From: Candidatus Poseidoniaceae archaeon | Lineage (GTDB): Archaea > Thermoplasmatota > Poseidoniia > Poseidoniales > Poseidoniaceae | Reading direction: 5' to 3' | Assembly: GCA_049438185.1 (NCBI GenBank) | Contig: JBMTJI010000004.1 | Coordinates: forward strand, 15,947 to 79,946 | Length of the DNA: 64,000 bases | Shown: one piece after another, positions 47,450-62,449 of the stretch | Layout: each line of letters begins with the position of its first letter | How positions within the stretch are numbered: position 1 is the first letter of the stretch | Program-made: the position numbers and the translations under genes | The notes under the pieces: model-generated | Told to the model about the DNA's origin: nothing | Databases searched by the model: none | What the model saw: the letters and a program-made list of their open reading frames with translations, nothing else

Positions 47450-50400
47450 ATGTCTGAACGACGCTCTACTCAAGCCCTGTTCCTTGTCTTCCTTATGTTG
47501 ACCTCCGTTATGGGTCAAGTGGCAGCGAATGAAGCAGAGAACGAGGTCGAAGAGATCGTCGACGATATTGGTGTTGTGTACGGTGATTTGACGAATTTCG
47601 ATGTCGCTACTGGCTCTCAATATTTGTTGATCGAAGAAGAACAACCCGTCGTCTCAGCGACCTCGTTCATCAAACAAGCATGGATTGACGAAGGTCGGCC
47701 GGGTGTTGATGAGATTCGATATCAACCCTCGATGGCACGATCGACGTGTTCCCAGCATGTCGTTGGTGATACATTGACGGTTCCGATTTCTGGCGGTTCA
47801 ACAAATGTGTACGTGGCGAAGACAACGGCTACAGTCGCTTTCCTCGTCCAATCTGGACGCACGCTTTCATCCACTGTTCTGCAAAATTTGGCCTCGACAT
47901 GGGATCAAACAATTTATCCAACGATGACAACATATTTCGGCAAGGATTACCAAGATGGGCGTGGCCTAGCCCCTCCTGACAACGACAACAACTGTCAAGT
48001 TGAAATTGTCATTTACGACATCGATGGTGCCTTCAATATCGGAGGCTACTTCTCCCCAGGAACCGCTGCAACTCGAGAAGTTGTGTACGTTGATTTTGCG
48101 GACATCACGCTTTCGTGGGGCAAGTCAATTATTGCTCACGAACTCCAACATCTCCTGCACAATGCTCAGGATCCTTACGAAAATCTCTGGCTGGACGAAG
48201 GAAACGCTGACGTTGCAATCTACCTTTGCTTTGGAGCCGATGGAACCCTTGCAGGGCATCTTAATGGTTGGACACAGCAGTCCGATTTGAGCGTACGTTG
48301 GTGGAATCAACGAAACGCAGATTACGGTGCAGGTTTCATCTTTACAATGTATTTGGCTGATCATCTTGGTGGTGGGCCAGCCGTTCGACAACTCGTTCAA
48401 GATTCCGCAACCGGTGGACGGGGTGTGGAAAATCTAGCATTGTCACCGGTTTCTGGTCAATCAGGTAAAATTGGTCGAACAATGGGCGAAATTTTTGCAA
48501 ATTTCTCCATAGCTGCAACCATAGACTCGGATCAGGGCATCTATGGTTTTTCAAATCTTGATCTCAATCCTTCCTGCGGTGGTTCGACATTCTGTCGAAT
48601 CACTCCTGCAGATACGAATTCTGATTGGTCAACACCGTGGAGTTCCACAGGACACACAATGGAAGGTTGGGGAATTCGCTCGTTCAAGTTCACACCAGGT
48701 TCTGCTTCGCCTGCGCCTCTCACCTTGAGGGTCACATCCGATGTCTCGAACTTTGACGGCGTTTTGGTTTACAAATCGACTGCTGATGGACTTTGGTCCA
48801 CGCAGGATTTGGATTTCAACAACAACGTTGCGACAGGATTGATTCAAGGATTCGGAAACCTCACCGATGAAGTCTACGCCATCGTGTGGTATGCAAGTAC
48901 GGTTGCTGATTGCGATTACACCTCCTGCGGCCCATCCTATCCGCAAGGAACCATCGACATCGAAGCTGCCCGAATTACCTCTCCTGCGACCATGATGCTG
49001 AATGGAACAACCCTAGGCGACAGAGATGGCGATGGTTCGCCGGACACCGTTCAAGTCAATTATTCCATTTTATCGAACGCCTTCTTCGAAGATCTCGATG
49101 TTGACGCCTTGGTCCGGGACAGCAACGGTACGGTTGTCGATTCCATCTCAACGCGCATTCAAGCAGGAGGAGGAGTTCATGTCCCGAACAGTGTCTATTT
49201 CACCGCCAACAAGGACGATCAATACACGGTCAGGTTTACGATGAAAAACATGCTCGGGGCTGTACTTGACTCCGAAACGACCTCGCCTCAGGCATTGACA
49301 AACATGGCTCCAGTTGCCAATGCTTCCGTTTCAAGTAACTTCAGTCAGACCTATGAAAAGATTCAGTTCACGGGGGACGGATTCGATGCTTGGGGGCTCT
49401 CCTTGGACAACAACACGCTCCCATACTTCGATCAGCCAATAGCCTACACATGGAACTTCGACGATAACATGACGTCTGGATTGCGATCGCCTTTGCGCTC
49501 CTTTGCACAGTCTGGTTTGTACAACACAACACTTCGAGTCATGGATGTAGGAGGTACGTGGTCGGATGTGAGCATTAATCAAATCAACATCACGGATGAC
49601 ACAGAACCGATTCCAATCATCACGGTCAACAACAATATTGTTGTAGACCGACTTGAAATTCTTACGAATCAACGCATCATTTTCTCTGCCTATCAAACCG
49701 CCGATAACGTACCGCTCGAGTACTTGGATTTCGAATGGGATTGGGGCGATGGTTCGCCTGTAACGTCTGGGACGGGATTGTACACAGCCAATCATGAATG
49801 GGGTGACGTGATTGGTCCGAACCAAACGTACATTCTTACACTGACTGTTTCAGACGGCGTCAATACTGGTCAGAAAACGATTGAGATTATTGTCAACAAT
49901 CGATTGCCATACCAGATTTTCTCGGATGAACTTACGACGTATACCTACACGCCATTGCTCATGCCCGATGTCTTCACGGACGATGATGGAGAGAACCTCT
50001 CACTGGGATGGGTGTTTGAGGGTGGAGTCAATCTGGATGGGGTCGAAGTCGATCGAAACGATGAGTTCTCCTCAACATCGTCTGCTGCACTCTATCCTGC
50101 CCCTGCGTGGGACACACCAGGCATCAAGAACATCACCGTTACCGTTACCGATGAAGATGGAGGCATCTCCATTGCTGAACTACGTGTAAACGTCATCAAC
50201 CAACTGCCTGTTGCGAATTACATCGTCAAGGAATCTGGAGCGACGGGTGCTCCACAAATCGATTTCCTCACCACTGAAGCGCAAGTCAATGTACCGTACA
50301 CATTCGACGGACGAACCAGTTTCGATGTCGATGGAACAACCGGCACGTACAACGATTTAACCTTCAATTGGACATTCCCCGATGGAACATTTAGCAACAA

Positions 50401-51628
50401 AACACTGCCAGCGTACTCCTTCCTTGAGCCAGGAGAACAGATTATTCAACTCGTTGTCACGGATGAGAATGGAGAGCAAAGCAGTCCAAAGGTCATCGTT
50501 GTGGTTGTAGCCAACCCACTTCCGATTATACAGTTGCAAATTCTCGATGCATGGGTTGATGGGATGTTGCTCATGGATACGGATGTCTTCCCGGAGAATG
50601 GCTTGCCGGATCAATGGTCGAGAACCTTTGATGAAAACGGTGTGAATGTGGCCATACCAGGCGCAATGTTGTATTTTGATTCAAGTGGAACTCGAGATGG
50701 TGATCAAAAGTTCGAAGGCAAGTATGTGCCTCTTGAGCAGGAATCGCCAGATTGGAACGGATTGCTCGAATACACCTGGGATTTTGGTGACGCAACGCCA
50801 ATCGTTCACGATCCAATGCCCTGGCACTCCTATGAACGACCGGGATTGTATACTGTTAAACTCACCGTTCGAGATGCCTTTGGGACGGGTGATGTGACAA
50901 GAGCTGAATTCAATGTTCATGTGGATTCACCTCCAGAGATCCAAGGAATTGATGTACCGGACGAGATATACGAGGACTTCTCAACGGCGGTCATCGTCAA
51001 TGTATCTGATGCTGAATCACTCGCAGATCTTGTGTTCTATAGAGACCTTGACGTTCTCGATGGTTCCAACTCTGATAGGGATGAAACCATCAGCAATGAT
51101 TTGATTGTTGAATGGGAGCAAGACATCCTAACCGATGCTGATGGCGATGAAGTCCTTGACAATGATTGGTTCACTTCGACAAATACCCTCGTCACGCTCG
51201 CCACCGTGGTTTGGGACGACCCCAAAGACGTGATTATCCGAGTGAGGGTTTGCGATGGGATGGGGCTTTGTGATGAAGCTGAAACGGATGTTACAGTCCT
51301 CCCCGAACAAGACGCTGACCCCTCCCTCTCAGACTTCAGTATGGATGAGTGGAAGTCGTGGATGTCCGATGCTGGAAGTGACGCTCTCGGATTTATTGCC
51401 TTGATTTTGGCCGCTCTTATCCTCGGTTGGCTCGTTATGCGTCAACCGAATGAAATCGAAGAAGAAGCAAAACAGAATGCAGAAACGTACGATGTTGAGC
51501 ATGCTGATGATGGTGGATTGCTTGGAATGGATCATCACACGCCACCTCCGGCTCCAAAGATTCTATCGAAACAGGAACGTAGAAACGATGAGAGTGGGTA
51601 TGTTCGTCCGCTACGTCGACGTGAGTGA
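47450..51628 (+). CDS. Large secreted, C-terminally anchored protein: N-terminal HExxH zincin-like domain followed by multiple PKD-like domains
   Basis: Signal peptide ALFLVFLMLTSVMGQVAA. HELQH at 48137-48151, followed by LWLDEGNAD. PKD-type WxFxDG motifs (WNFDDN, WDWGDGSP, WTFPDGT, WDFGDATP). C-terminal TM ALGFIALILAALILGWLVM. Confidence 0.7.
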   Translation: MSERRSTQALFLVFLMLTSVMGQVAANEAENEVEEIVDDIGVVYGDLTNFDVATGSQYLLIEEEQPVVSATSFIKQAWIDEGRPGVDEIRYQPSMARSTCSQHVVGDTLTVPISGGSTNVYVAKTTATVAFLVQSGRTLSSTVLQNLASTWDQTIYPTMTTYFGKDYQDGRGLAPPDNDNNCQVEIVIYDIDGAFNIGGYFSPGTAATREVVYVDFADITLSWGKSIIAHELQHLLHNAQDPYENLWLDEGNADVAIYLCFGADGTLAGHLNGWTQQSDLSVRWWNQRNADYGAGFIFTMYLADHLGGGPAVRQLVQDSATGGRGVENLALSPVSGQSGKIGRTMGEIFANFSIAATIDSDQGIYGFSNLDLNPSCGGSTFCRITPADTNSDWSTPWSSTGHTMEGWGIRSFKFTPGSASPAPLTLRVTSDVSNFDGVLVYKSTADGLWSTQDLDFNNNVATGLIQGFGNLTDEVYAIVWYASTVADCDYTSCGPSYPQGTIDIEAARITSPATMMLNGTTLGDRDGDGSPDTVQVNYSILSNAFFEDLDVDALVRDSNGTVVDSISTRIQAGGGVHVPNSVYFTANKDDQYTVRFTMKNMLGAVLDSETTSPQALTNMAPVANASVSSNFSQTYEKIQFTGDGFDAWGLSLDNNTLPYFDQPIAYTWNFDDNMTSGLRSPLRSFAQSGLYNTTLRVMDVGGTWSDVSINQINITDDTEPIPIITVNNNIVVDRLEILTNQRIIFSAYQTADNVPLEYLDFEWDWGDGSPVTSGTGLYTANHEWGDVIGPNQTYILTLTVSDGVNTGQKTIEIIVNNRLPYQIFSDELTTYTYTPLLMPDVFTDDDGENLSLGWVFEGGVNLDGVEVDRNDEFSSTSSAALYPAPAWDTPGIKNITVTVTDEDGGISIAELRVNVINQLPVANYIVKESGATGAPQIDFLTTEAQVNVPYTFDGRTSFDVDGTTGTYNDLTFNWTFPDGTFSNKTLPAYSFLEPGEQIIQLVVTDENGEQSSPKVIVVVVANPLPIIQLQILDAWVDGMLLMDTDVFPENGLPDQWSRTFDENGVNVAIPGAMLYFDSSGTRDGDQKFEGKYVPLEQESPDWNGLLEYTWDFGDATPIVHDPMPWHSYERPGLYTVKLTVRDAFGTGDVTRAEFNVHVDSPPEIQGIDVPDEIYEDFSTAVIVNVSDAESLADLVFYRDLDVLDGSNSDRDETISNDLIVEWEQDILTDADGDEVLDNDWFTSTNTLVTLATVVWDDPKDVIIRVRVCDGMGLCDEAETDVTVLPEQDADPSLSDFSMDEWKSWMSDAGSDALGFIALILAALILGWLVMRQPNEIEEEAKQNAETYDVEHADDGGLLGMDHHTPPPAPKILSKQERRNDESGYVRPLRRRE

Positions 51629-51678
51629 ACGAATGCCTCAAGAACCTCGTCGTCAACCTCGACACAAGGGGTGATTCG

Positions 51679-52707
51679 ATGTTCCAGCGAAAAGCGGTTC
51701 TTCTTCTATCGATTTTCCTCGTACCCCTTTTGAGTGGCGCATTTGCTCCTTCGTATGGTAACGTCTCCGCAGCTATTGATGATTGCAAAGGAGATTTATC
51801 GCCAATCGTTTGGAATGAAACCATCTCTCGACACGCCGAAGTTCCACACAATAACATGTGGTGGGACTCGTTTTTTGAAGATGATTGGGATGATGATCGA
51901 CAGCGTGGTAAGAATTCGCCACCTCCGGAGAGCGATTCAAGTAGTGAATCCTACGATCCTCTTCTTTCCCCCGAAGAGTCATGGATGTACCAGAACTATC
52001 ACTCTGCTACTCCGGTGGAGACATTGACCACGAACATTGCAACAACAATGTTGGTTGGTAACGATAGTGTTGGTACACTACGGGTCAACCTCTCGAGTGC
52101 ACATCGAACAACAATTTGTGTTGAAATCCAAGGTCTTGTTGGCAATTCAACGGTACCTGCAAAAGCGGATATTTACCTGATGACCACCTCTCAATATGAG
52201 AATTATGAGTGGTCATACGATCGAATGCACAGTGAGGATTTCGAATTTTGGTTTGAGCGTGAAAGTCTGAGCGATGACGAGTTTGTTACGGAAGTTTCTC
52301 CAGAATGGGCTGCCTTCGATGTAACAGGATGGAAGACATACAGAGATGCCCATGCCTATGAAAATACAGATTCAGTCGTCATGAGCGTTTCATTGGATGG
52401 TCCTGAGGTTCACTCGTCGTTGTTTTCTCAACCAACGTATCAGGAATTTTTCATTGTTGTCGATGCTTGGGACAACTCCAGACGAGGCGATGCAGGCGTA
52501 CAAAACAAAATTGTTGTAGCAGACGTTGCCATCTCGACAGTTGAACGTTCAATCGTTTTGCCGAACTGGACAGTTTCGATTGTCTTCTTCGTTTTCTTTG
52601 CTTCGATCATGATGGCGCCTCTCATTATCAACAGGCGCTACATGAAGGCTGGATTGGAACCATCGATTGAAAAAGAGAAACAATTGATGCCTTCACTGAA
52701 TCAGTAA
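51679..52707 (+). CDS. Hypothetical secreted protein with a C-terminal membrane anchor
   Basis: AAGGGGTGA RBS then ATG 51679. Signal peptide MFQRKAVLLLSIFLVPLLSGAFA and C-terminal helix WTVSIVFFVFFASIMMAPLII. No family recognised. Confidence 0.5.
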   Translation: MFQRKAVLLLSIFLVPLLSGAFAPSYGNVSAAIDDCKGDLSPIVWNETISRHAEVPHNNMWWDSFFEDDWDDDRQRGKNSPPPESDSSSESYDPLLSPEESWMYQNYHSATPVETLTTNIATTMLVGNDSVGTLRVNLSSAHRTTICVEIQGLVGNSTVPAKADIYLMTTSQYENYEWSYDRMHSEDFEFWFERESLSDDEFVTEVSPEWAAFDVTGWKTYRDAHAYENTDSVVMSVSLDGPEVHSSLFSQPTYQEFFIVVDAWDNSRRGDAGVQNKIVVADVAISTVERSIVLPNWTVSIVFFVFFASIMMAPLIINRRYMKAGLEPSIEKEKQLMPSLNQ

Positions 52708-52718
52708 ACGGTCTGGAT

Positions 52719-53516
52719 TCAGTATTCAAGAAGCGTCCAAGCATCTCGCAAGTCTCGAACGTTGATGAGTCCCTTGTCGCTGATTCGATGCTCCATCGAG
52801 AGGGTTGCATAGACCATGGAAACGCCGAGTACCGGGGCGTGAATGCGCGCCCAGTCGCCCCCGCTGTTAACGGCCATGACGCTGTAATCGATGCCTTCGC
52901 CTTTAAGTTCAATCGCTGCATCAACGATTTGTAGAGCGTCCAGATGGGAGTGAGCTGTTGAGCAGAACTTCACCAAATCTGCTTTGTCGCTGTTCTCACG
53001 AACGAAGGATGCGATATCTTCAGAATTTGGTGTTCCGTTGATATCGTGGCTTGAGTAAACGATCTTACAACCCTTCTTCTTTGCAGCAGCCAAGAGGCTT
53101 CCAAGCGCTTCTTCAGAGGTTGAGGATTCAAGGTCGATCCATGTCACACCAGAATCGATGGCATGTTGGAGAATGGTGATTCGTTCCTCCTCTGTACCTG
53201 GGAAAAATCCACCTTCACGTGGAGGTCGGAGGGTGAAGATGACTGGGACTGCAATCGAATCCTTCAGTTTCTGAATGGTTTCTTGAGCATCCAAAGAAGA
53301 TGCATCAGAAATAGGCCATTCTGCTTCCGGTGGCATGACGCTCTTCGGTTCACCCTCCTCTTGTTCAACCATGACAGGATCGGGCTTTGTAAGGTAAAGT
53401 CGGTCAAACCGAACTTCAACAAGGTCAGCACCTGCTGTTGAGGCGCGTGCAGCCTCATCGACCATGTCATCAAGGTTCGTAGAGTCGAGGGCTACACAGA
53501 TGGTCGGTTCAGGCAT
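52719..53516 (-). CDS. aroD: 3-dehydroquinate dehydratase, type I
   Basis: ICVALDSTNLDDMVDEA...GADLVEVRFD, VIFTLRPPREGG, IVYSSHDINGTP, DLVKFCSTA and the ...SGGDWARI... pattern of type I DHQase. Confidence 0.7.
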   Translation of the reverse strand: MPEPTICVALDSTNLDDMVDEAARASTAGADLVEVRFDRLYLTKPDPVMVEQEEGEPKSVMPPEAEWPISDASSLDAQETIQKLKDSIAVPVIFTLRPPREGGFFPGTEEERITILQHAIDSGVTWIDLESSTSEEALGSLLAAAKKKGCKIVYSSHDINGTPNSEDIASFVRENSDKADLVKFCSTAHSHLDALQIVDAAIELKGEGIDYSVMAVNSGGDWARIHAPVLGVSMVYATLSMEHRISDKGLINVRDLRDAWTLLEY

Positions 53517-53677
53517 GACTCAACCGACCTTCGTCTTCTTCTTAACGCTCACGGAAGGGAATCGATGGATTTGAACATGAAAATACCTCAATTTGGGGGG
53601 GTGTTTGAACTGGCAAAAACGGCTTACAGAAGACTGTTCAGGAGGTACCTTTACATACCCTCGTCGGGCATGTTTAA

Positions 53678-58520
<4,843 letters not shown>

Positions 58521-58598
58521 CACGACCCTATCGACGAGTTCAAACATGATTCATGACTGGTCTGTATGTGCGGGGGTTTTCCTCGTGGGTGAATTGTT

Positions 58599-59855
58599 AT
58601 GGATGAGCGTTCATTGATTTACGATTGGAATACGATTGAATACGACTTTAACAGGAATCCAAACAACCACCCGCATGGTGTTTGGTTTGATGATGAAACC
58701 TTGCGTGATGGCCTCCAAAGCCCATCTGCAAGGAACCCCACGATTGAACAGAAAATAGAACTGCTCGATTACATGGAGAAACTCGGTATTCAGAAGGTCG
58801 ATCTTGGTCTTCCAGGCGCAGGACCATTCCATGTCGAGCACATTGATGCAATGCTCACACACATTACTGAGAACGATTACAACATTCGTCCTGGTGCTGC
58901 AGTACGAACACTGATGCACGATATCGAACCTCTCGTCGAACTTCAAGAAAAGCACGGCATTCCAATCCAAGCATCAGCCTTCCTCGGAACAAGCCCAATT
59001 CGTCAATATGCCGAAGGTTGGACGATGGACAAGCTCCTTTCAACAATGGAAACTGCAGTCTCCTTTGCAGTCGAAAACGATGTGCCTGTGATGTTTGTTA
59101 CAGAAGATACGACTCGCTCCAATCCTGAAGATATCAAGAAAATCTATCAGCGTGCCATGGAACTTGGTGTTCGTCGAATCTGCGTCTGCGATACCTGTGG
59201 CCACGTTACACCAAACGGCGTCAAGAAATTACTCAATTTTATTGATGAAGAGGTCATCAAAGACGGAGGCTATGACCGTCGAGATATCGAAGTCAACTGG
59301 CATGGTCATCAAGATCGTGGGTTGGGTGTTGCGAACAACATTGCTGCCGTTGAAGCAGGTGCAGATGTCGTCCATGGTACAGCACTTGGTCTAGGCGAGC
59401 GAGCAGGAAATGCACCACTCGATCAAACCTTGGTCAATCTCAAACTTATGGGAGCCATTGATAACGATCTTTCCGTACTTGGTGAATACATGCAAAAGGC
59501 GCATGAGTACACTGAGGTTCCTCTCCCACGAAACTATCCTGTGTTTGGTCAAGACGCATTTGAAACAGGAACTGGTGTTCACGCCTCAGCCGTCATTAAG
59601 GCCATGAAGAAAGGCGACCATTGGCTTGCTGATCGCGTTTATTCCGGCGTTCCAGCAGGAGAATTCGGTCTTGAACAAGTCATTCGAATTGGTCATATGG
59701 CCGGCCGCTCAAACATCATCTGGTGGCTTCAACAACGGAATTATGAGGTCTCTGATGAACTTGTAGCGCATCTCTTTGAAGTTGCAAAATCACAACGAAG
59801 ATTGATGGACGATTCCGAAGTTGTTGAAGCGATTGAAGCCTTTAATGGTCAATGA
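58599..59855 (+). CDS. 2-isopropylmalate synthase / homocitrate synthase family (DRE-TIM metallolyase) protein
   Basis: DETLRDGLQSP, VCDTCGHVTP, HGHQDRGLGVANNIAAVEAGADVVHGTALGLGERAGNAPL. It lacks a LeuA regulatory domain. Substrate cannot be assigned by eye. Confidence 0.7.
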   Translation: MDERSLIYDWNTIEYDFNRNPNNHPHGVWFDDETLRDGLQSPSARNPTIEQKIELLDYMEKLGIQKVDLGLPGAGPFHVEHIDAMLTHITENDYNIRPGAAVRTLMHDIEPLVELQEKHGIPIQASAFLGTSPIRQYAEGWTMDKLLSTMETAVSFAVENDVPVMFVTEDTTRSNPEDIKKIYQRAMELGVRRICVCDTCGHVTPNGVKKLLNFIDEEVIKDGGYDRRDIEVNWHGHQDRGLGVANNIAAVEAGADVVHGTALGLGERAGNAPLDQTLVNLKLMGAIDNDLSVLGEYMQKAHEYTEVPLPRNYPVFGQDAFETGTGVHASAVIKAMKKGDHWLADRVYSGVPAGEFGLEQVIRIGHMAGRSNIIWWLQQRNYEVSDELVAHLFEVAKSQRRLMDDSEVVEAIEAFNGQ

Positions 59856-59860
59856 CTCAC

Positions 59861-60940
59861 TTACTCTTCCTCAATATTGTTGGCCATCATCAAGGCAACT
59901 GGTCGAGTTTTCTCATTCTCATCGAGAATGAGTCGTGCGATAATGATGATTGGAGCACCAATGATTGCTCCAGCAATTCCCCATACCTGAGAAAACAACA
60001 TCACTGTCAACAGCAAAACGAACGGAGAGATTCCAATCTTTGAACCTGAGAGATTTGGTTCAACAAACGATCCAAACACTTGTTGATTTCCAATAAGGAG
60101 GGCAATCATAAGCAGAGCCATTCCTGGTTCGAGCAAGATTACTCCGATGATGACTGGAGGAATTGTAGCAAAAAGAGCACCCAAGATTGGAATGAAATCC
60201 AACAAAAAGCACAAAATTCCAAACAAAAACCAACCAGGGATGTCAAAGCCATAGAGGATAATGGCCATGACGAGAGCTTGTCCTGCACTGCAGGTCACTT
60301 TTGAGACAACATACGCTTGGATTGATTCCGTAGATTCGCTGACAATTTTCTTCGCTCTATCGTACGAATTTGGAAACGCTGCTCCGAATCGTTGTGCGAT
60401 TGTGTGCTCTTCCAAGACAATGAACAAAAGGAAAATCAAAACGGTAATCATCGTGCCAAAGAATCCGCTTAAAGTGCCTAAGATGCCGAGTACAAATGCC
60501 TCGATATTACTCGGCGATGCAACACTGGCAAGAAGTTCAGCATCTGAAAAAATGACCTCAAGTCCGTAAAGATTCGAATCTGCTAAGTTCGCTCTCTTTT
60601 CCTCAAATGCTTCCGTGATCCTTGGTACTTCTCCGATAAAGTCTGAAAGATTGTCGTACAGAAACAGCGACGTGAAGTAGACTGTAACGATAAACGTCAG
60701 AAGAACTGTACCATACGAAACAAACCGATTCCCAACCTTCTCATAGATGAATTGTTCAGGTGGCTTAATCATAAAGAAAAGCAAGACTGCAATGGCTAAT
60801 GGCATTAAAATGGATTGCAAATGGATCATTGCGAGATAGACAACCAAACCAACGATAGCAACACTCGCAGCCGTCGTTCGCTTCGAATCGATACCAACCT
60901 TCGATAATTCTTCCATGACGGTATTTCTGATAGTATCCAT
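59861..60940 (-). CDS. AI-2E family transporter (PerM/UPF0118-type permease)
   Basis: Polytopic, with the FIPILGALFATIPPVIIG and GAIIGAPIII motifs typical of the family. Confidence 0.7.
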   Translation of the reverse strand: MDTIRNTVMEELSKVGIDSKRTTAASVAIVGLVVYLAMIHLQSILMPLAIAVLLFFMIKPPEQFIYEKVGNRFVSYGTVLLTFIVTVYFTSLFLYDNLSDFIGEVPRITEAFEEKRANLADSNLYGLEVIFSDAELLASVASPSNIEAFVLGILGTLSGFFGTMITVLIFLLFIVLEEHTIAQRFGAAFPNSYDRAKKIVSESTESIQAYVVSKVTCSAGQALVMAIILYGFDIPGWFLFGILCFLLDFIPILGALFATIPPVIIGVILLEPGMALLMIALLIGNQQVFGSFVEPNLSGSKIGISPFVLLLTVMLFSQVWGIAGAIIGAPIIIIARLILDENEKTRPVALMMANNIEEE

Positions 60941-61006
60941 CTAAGGTTTGTCCCGAATCATCTGTTCAAATGTTGATTTTTGGAAGGATTTCCATTCTAC
61001 GGCCTG

Positions 61007-61042
61007 TGAATCAGTGGGTTTGTGCAATGGCCCTCTGATTCA
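61007..61042. repeat. 36-nt hairpin repeat (copy 1) at the left edge of the AT-rich island
   Basis: TGAATCAGTGGG-tttgtgcaatgg-CCCTCTGATTCA: a 12-bp stem with one mismatch and a 12-nt loop. Its reverse complement matches copy 2 (63187-63222) at 29/36 positions. Confidence 0.7.
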
Positions 61043-61062
61043 AGGAAAAATTTAATGAAATT

Positions 61063-61902
61063 TCATTCCTCTTCGTGCTTATTAGGTGTCAACGAGAGTG
61101 TTTTACAGCGACGTACGTTGACTACAGATTCATTGCTACTTGAAATCTGAACAATAACATCTAGAACATCTCCTTTCTTGGCACCGAAATTCAGTCCTGA
61201 GTATGTGATTCCATCATGCATTAACGTCGTGTGGATTCGTATCGAAGTTCCACTTATCATCTGCGAAGCACCTGGGCCTCCGCCGTAGCCATAACGTTCT
61301 CCTTCATCGTAATATGAGGAATATGTGGACACAGTTTCAGTCCAAGTGTATTCTTCTTTCTTTACGTCACTAACTTGAGCTCCATTCAAGAACAGGAAGT
61401 CGCCTGATTTTAGATTGTTACTGAAATTCTCATGAATTGGCTTTCCTATTTTCGAATCTTTTTGATGAACCTTAGCAAGTATACCTATTCCTCCCGCAGA
61501 AACATATCTTGGCTCAATATCAATCAGACTTCCATTGAGTGCCTGTTTTGCAGTTAAAATCCGTTGGTGGGTAAATGCAAACATGATGAGGAGATTGAAC
61601 AAACCACATACGAAGGGTAAGAAATAAAAATTTTCATACAAAAATGCTAGTATGTTGTTGGAATGAGAAGCATTGGGATAGGGATCTGTGATTATATCTA
61701 ACAGCAGCATTTCTGGGAGTATGAAGAATATACTGAAGTATAAATCTGATTTTCTTGAAGCCCTTTCTTCGTAAAACTTTAGATGGTTCGAATGAAACTC
61801 GAGCACAGACTTCCCAAAAGGTGAGCCAATATGAAGTAATCGAAAGGCAAGATGGCAAATGGACATCACCTGATCAGAGGGTTCCTCCGCTTCGACACAC
61901 AA
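61063..61902 (-). CDS. Hypothetical membrane protein (two TM helices plus a beta-rich C-terminal domain), island gene
   Basis: Long ORF in an AT-rich region with hydrophobic segments LYFSIFFILPEMLLLDII and FYFLPFVCGLFNLLIMFAF. No family recognised. Start uncertain (TTG 61902 or ATG 61866). Ends -HEEE. Confidence 0.45.
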   Translation of the reverse strand: MCVEAEEPSDQVMSICHLAFRLLHIGSPFGKSVLEFHSNHLKFYEERASRKSDLYFSIFFILPEMLLLDIITDPYPNASHSNNILAFLYENFYFLPFVCGLFNLLIMFAFTHQRILTAKQALNGSLIDIEPRYVSAGGIGILAKVHQKDSKIGKPIHENFSNNLKSGDFLFLNGAQVSDVKKEEYTWTETVSTYSSYYDEGERYGYGGGPGASQMISGTSIRIHTTLMHDGITYSGLNFGAKKGDVLDVIVQISSSNESVVNVRRCKTLSLTPNKHEEE

Positions 61903-61977
61903 TCACAGGGTACCCATGCGCTCATTTTGAGCGTGAAGGGGCCCATGCGATTGCTCAGGAAAGGTATCGTTAGGGGC

Positions 61978-62280
61978 TCACTCTTCTTTACTATAAATTA
62001 CAGAATAGACTGACACTATTAGATTTAAAGTACCCCAATTCCCATCGGTTTTGACATAGTTCAATTTTCTCAATATCATAATTATGATCCCTGAAATAAC
62101 GCAAAGAATAGGAGGCAGAAATAGGACTAGCATTACGCCTATAGTGTATATGAACCTAAAGATACCATATCCATAAATTACTGAGATTATCGCAATTATT
62201 CCGAACAATGCAAGGAAAATCGTCCCTATTAATTCGGTAATTTCATCTAATTTCAATACCTTCAGTTCTTTTTCTTCCAC
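61978..62280 (-). CDS. Small hypothetical membrane protein (about 3 TM), island gene
   Basis: 100 aa, almost entirely hydrophobic (LIGTIFLALFGIIAIISVIYGYGIF..IGVMLVLFLPPILCVISGIIIMIL). No family recognised. Confidence 0.4.
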   Translation of the reverse strand: MEEKELKVLKLDEITELIGTIFLALFGIIAIISVIYGYGIFRFIYTIGVMLVLFLPPILCVISGIIIMILRKLNYVKTDGNWGTLNLIVSVYSVIYSKEE

Positions 62281-62449
62281 GAATGCCGTATTCTATACTC
62301 ACATTTCTTATTTCCCATGGTAATTCATACAGTTATACAGTGAAGCAGAGGATTTCGCCATAACACCCTCGCGCTCAAAAGGACTGAATCAATGGGCTCG
62401 CAGTGGGCTTCTCGCCTCGCTACCCTATGGTTTGACATACTCGTCATGA

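Noticed and set aside
49300-51000. Repetitive-looking region inside the 1392-aa gene, considered as a DNA tandem repeat or CRISPR-like array
   Set aside because: The repetition is at protein-domain level (divergent PKD-like modules). The nucleotide sequences are not near-identical and there are no short direct repeats with regular spacers.
61755-61973. 72-aa plus-strand ORF
   Set aside because: It is antisense to the 5' part of island gene 61063..61902 and runs into the spacer. It has a TTG start and nothing supports it.
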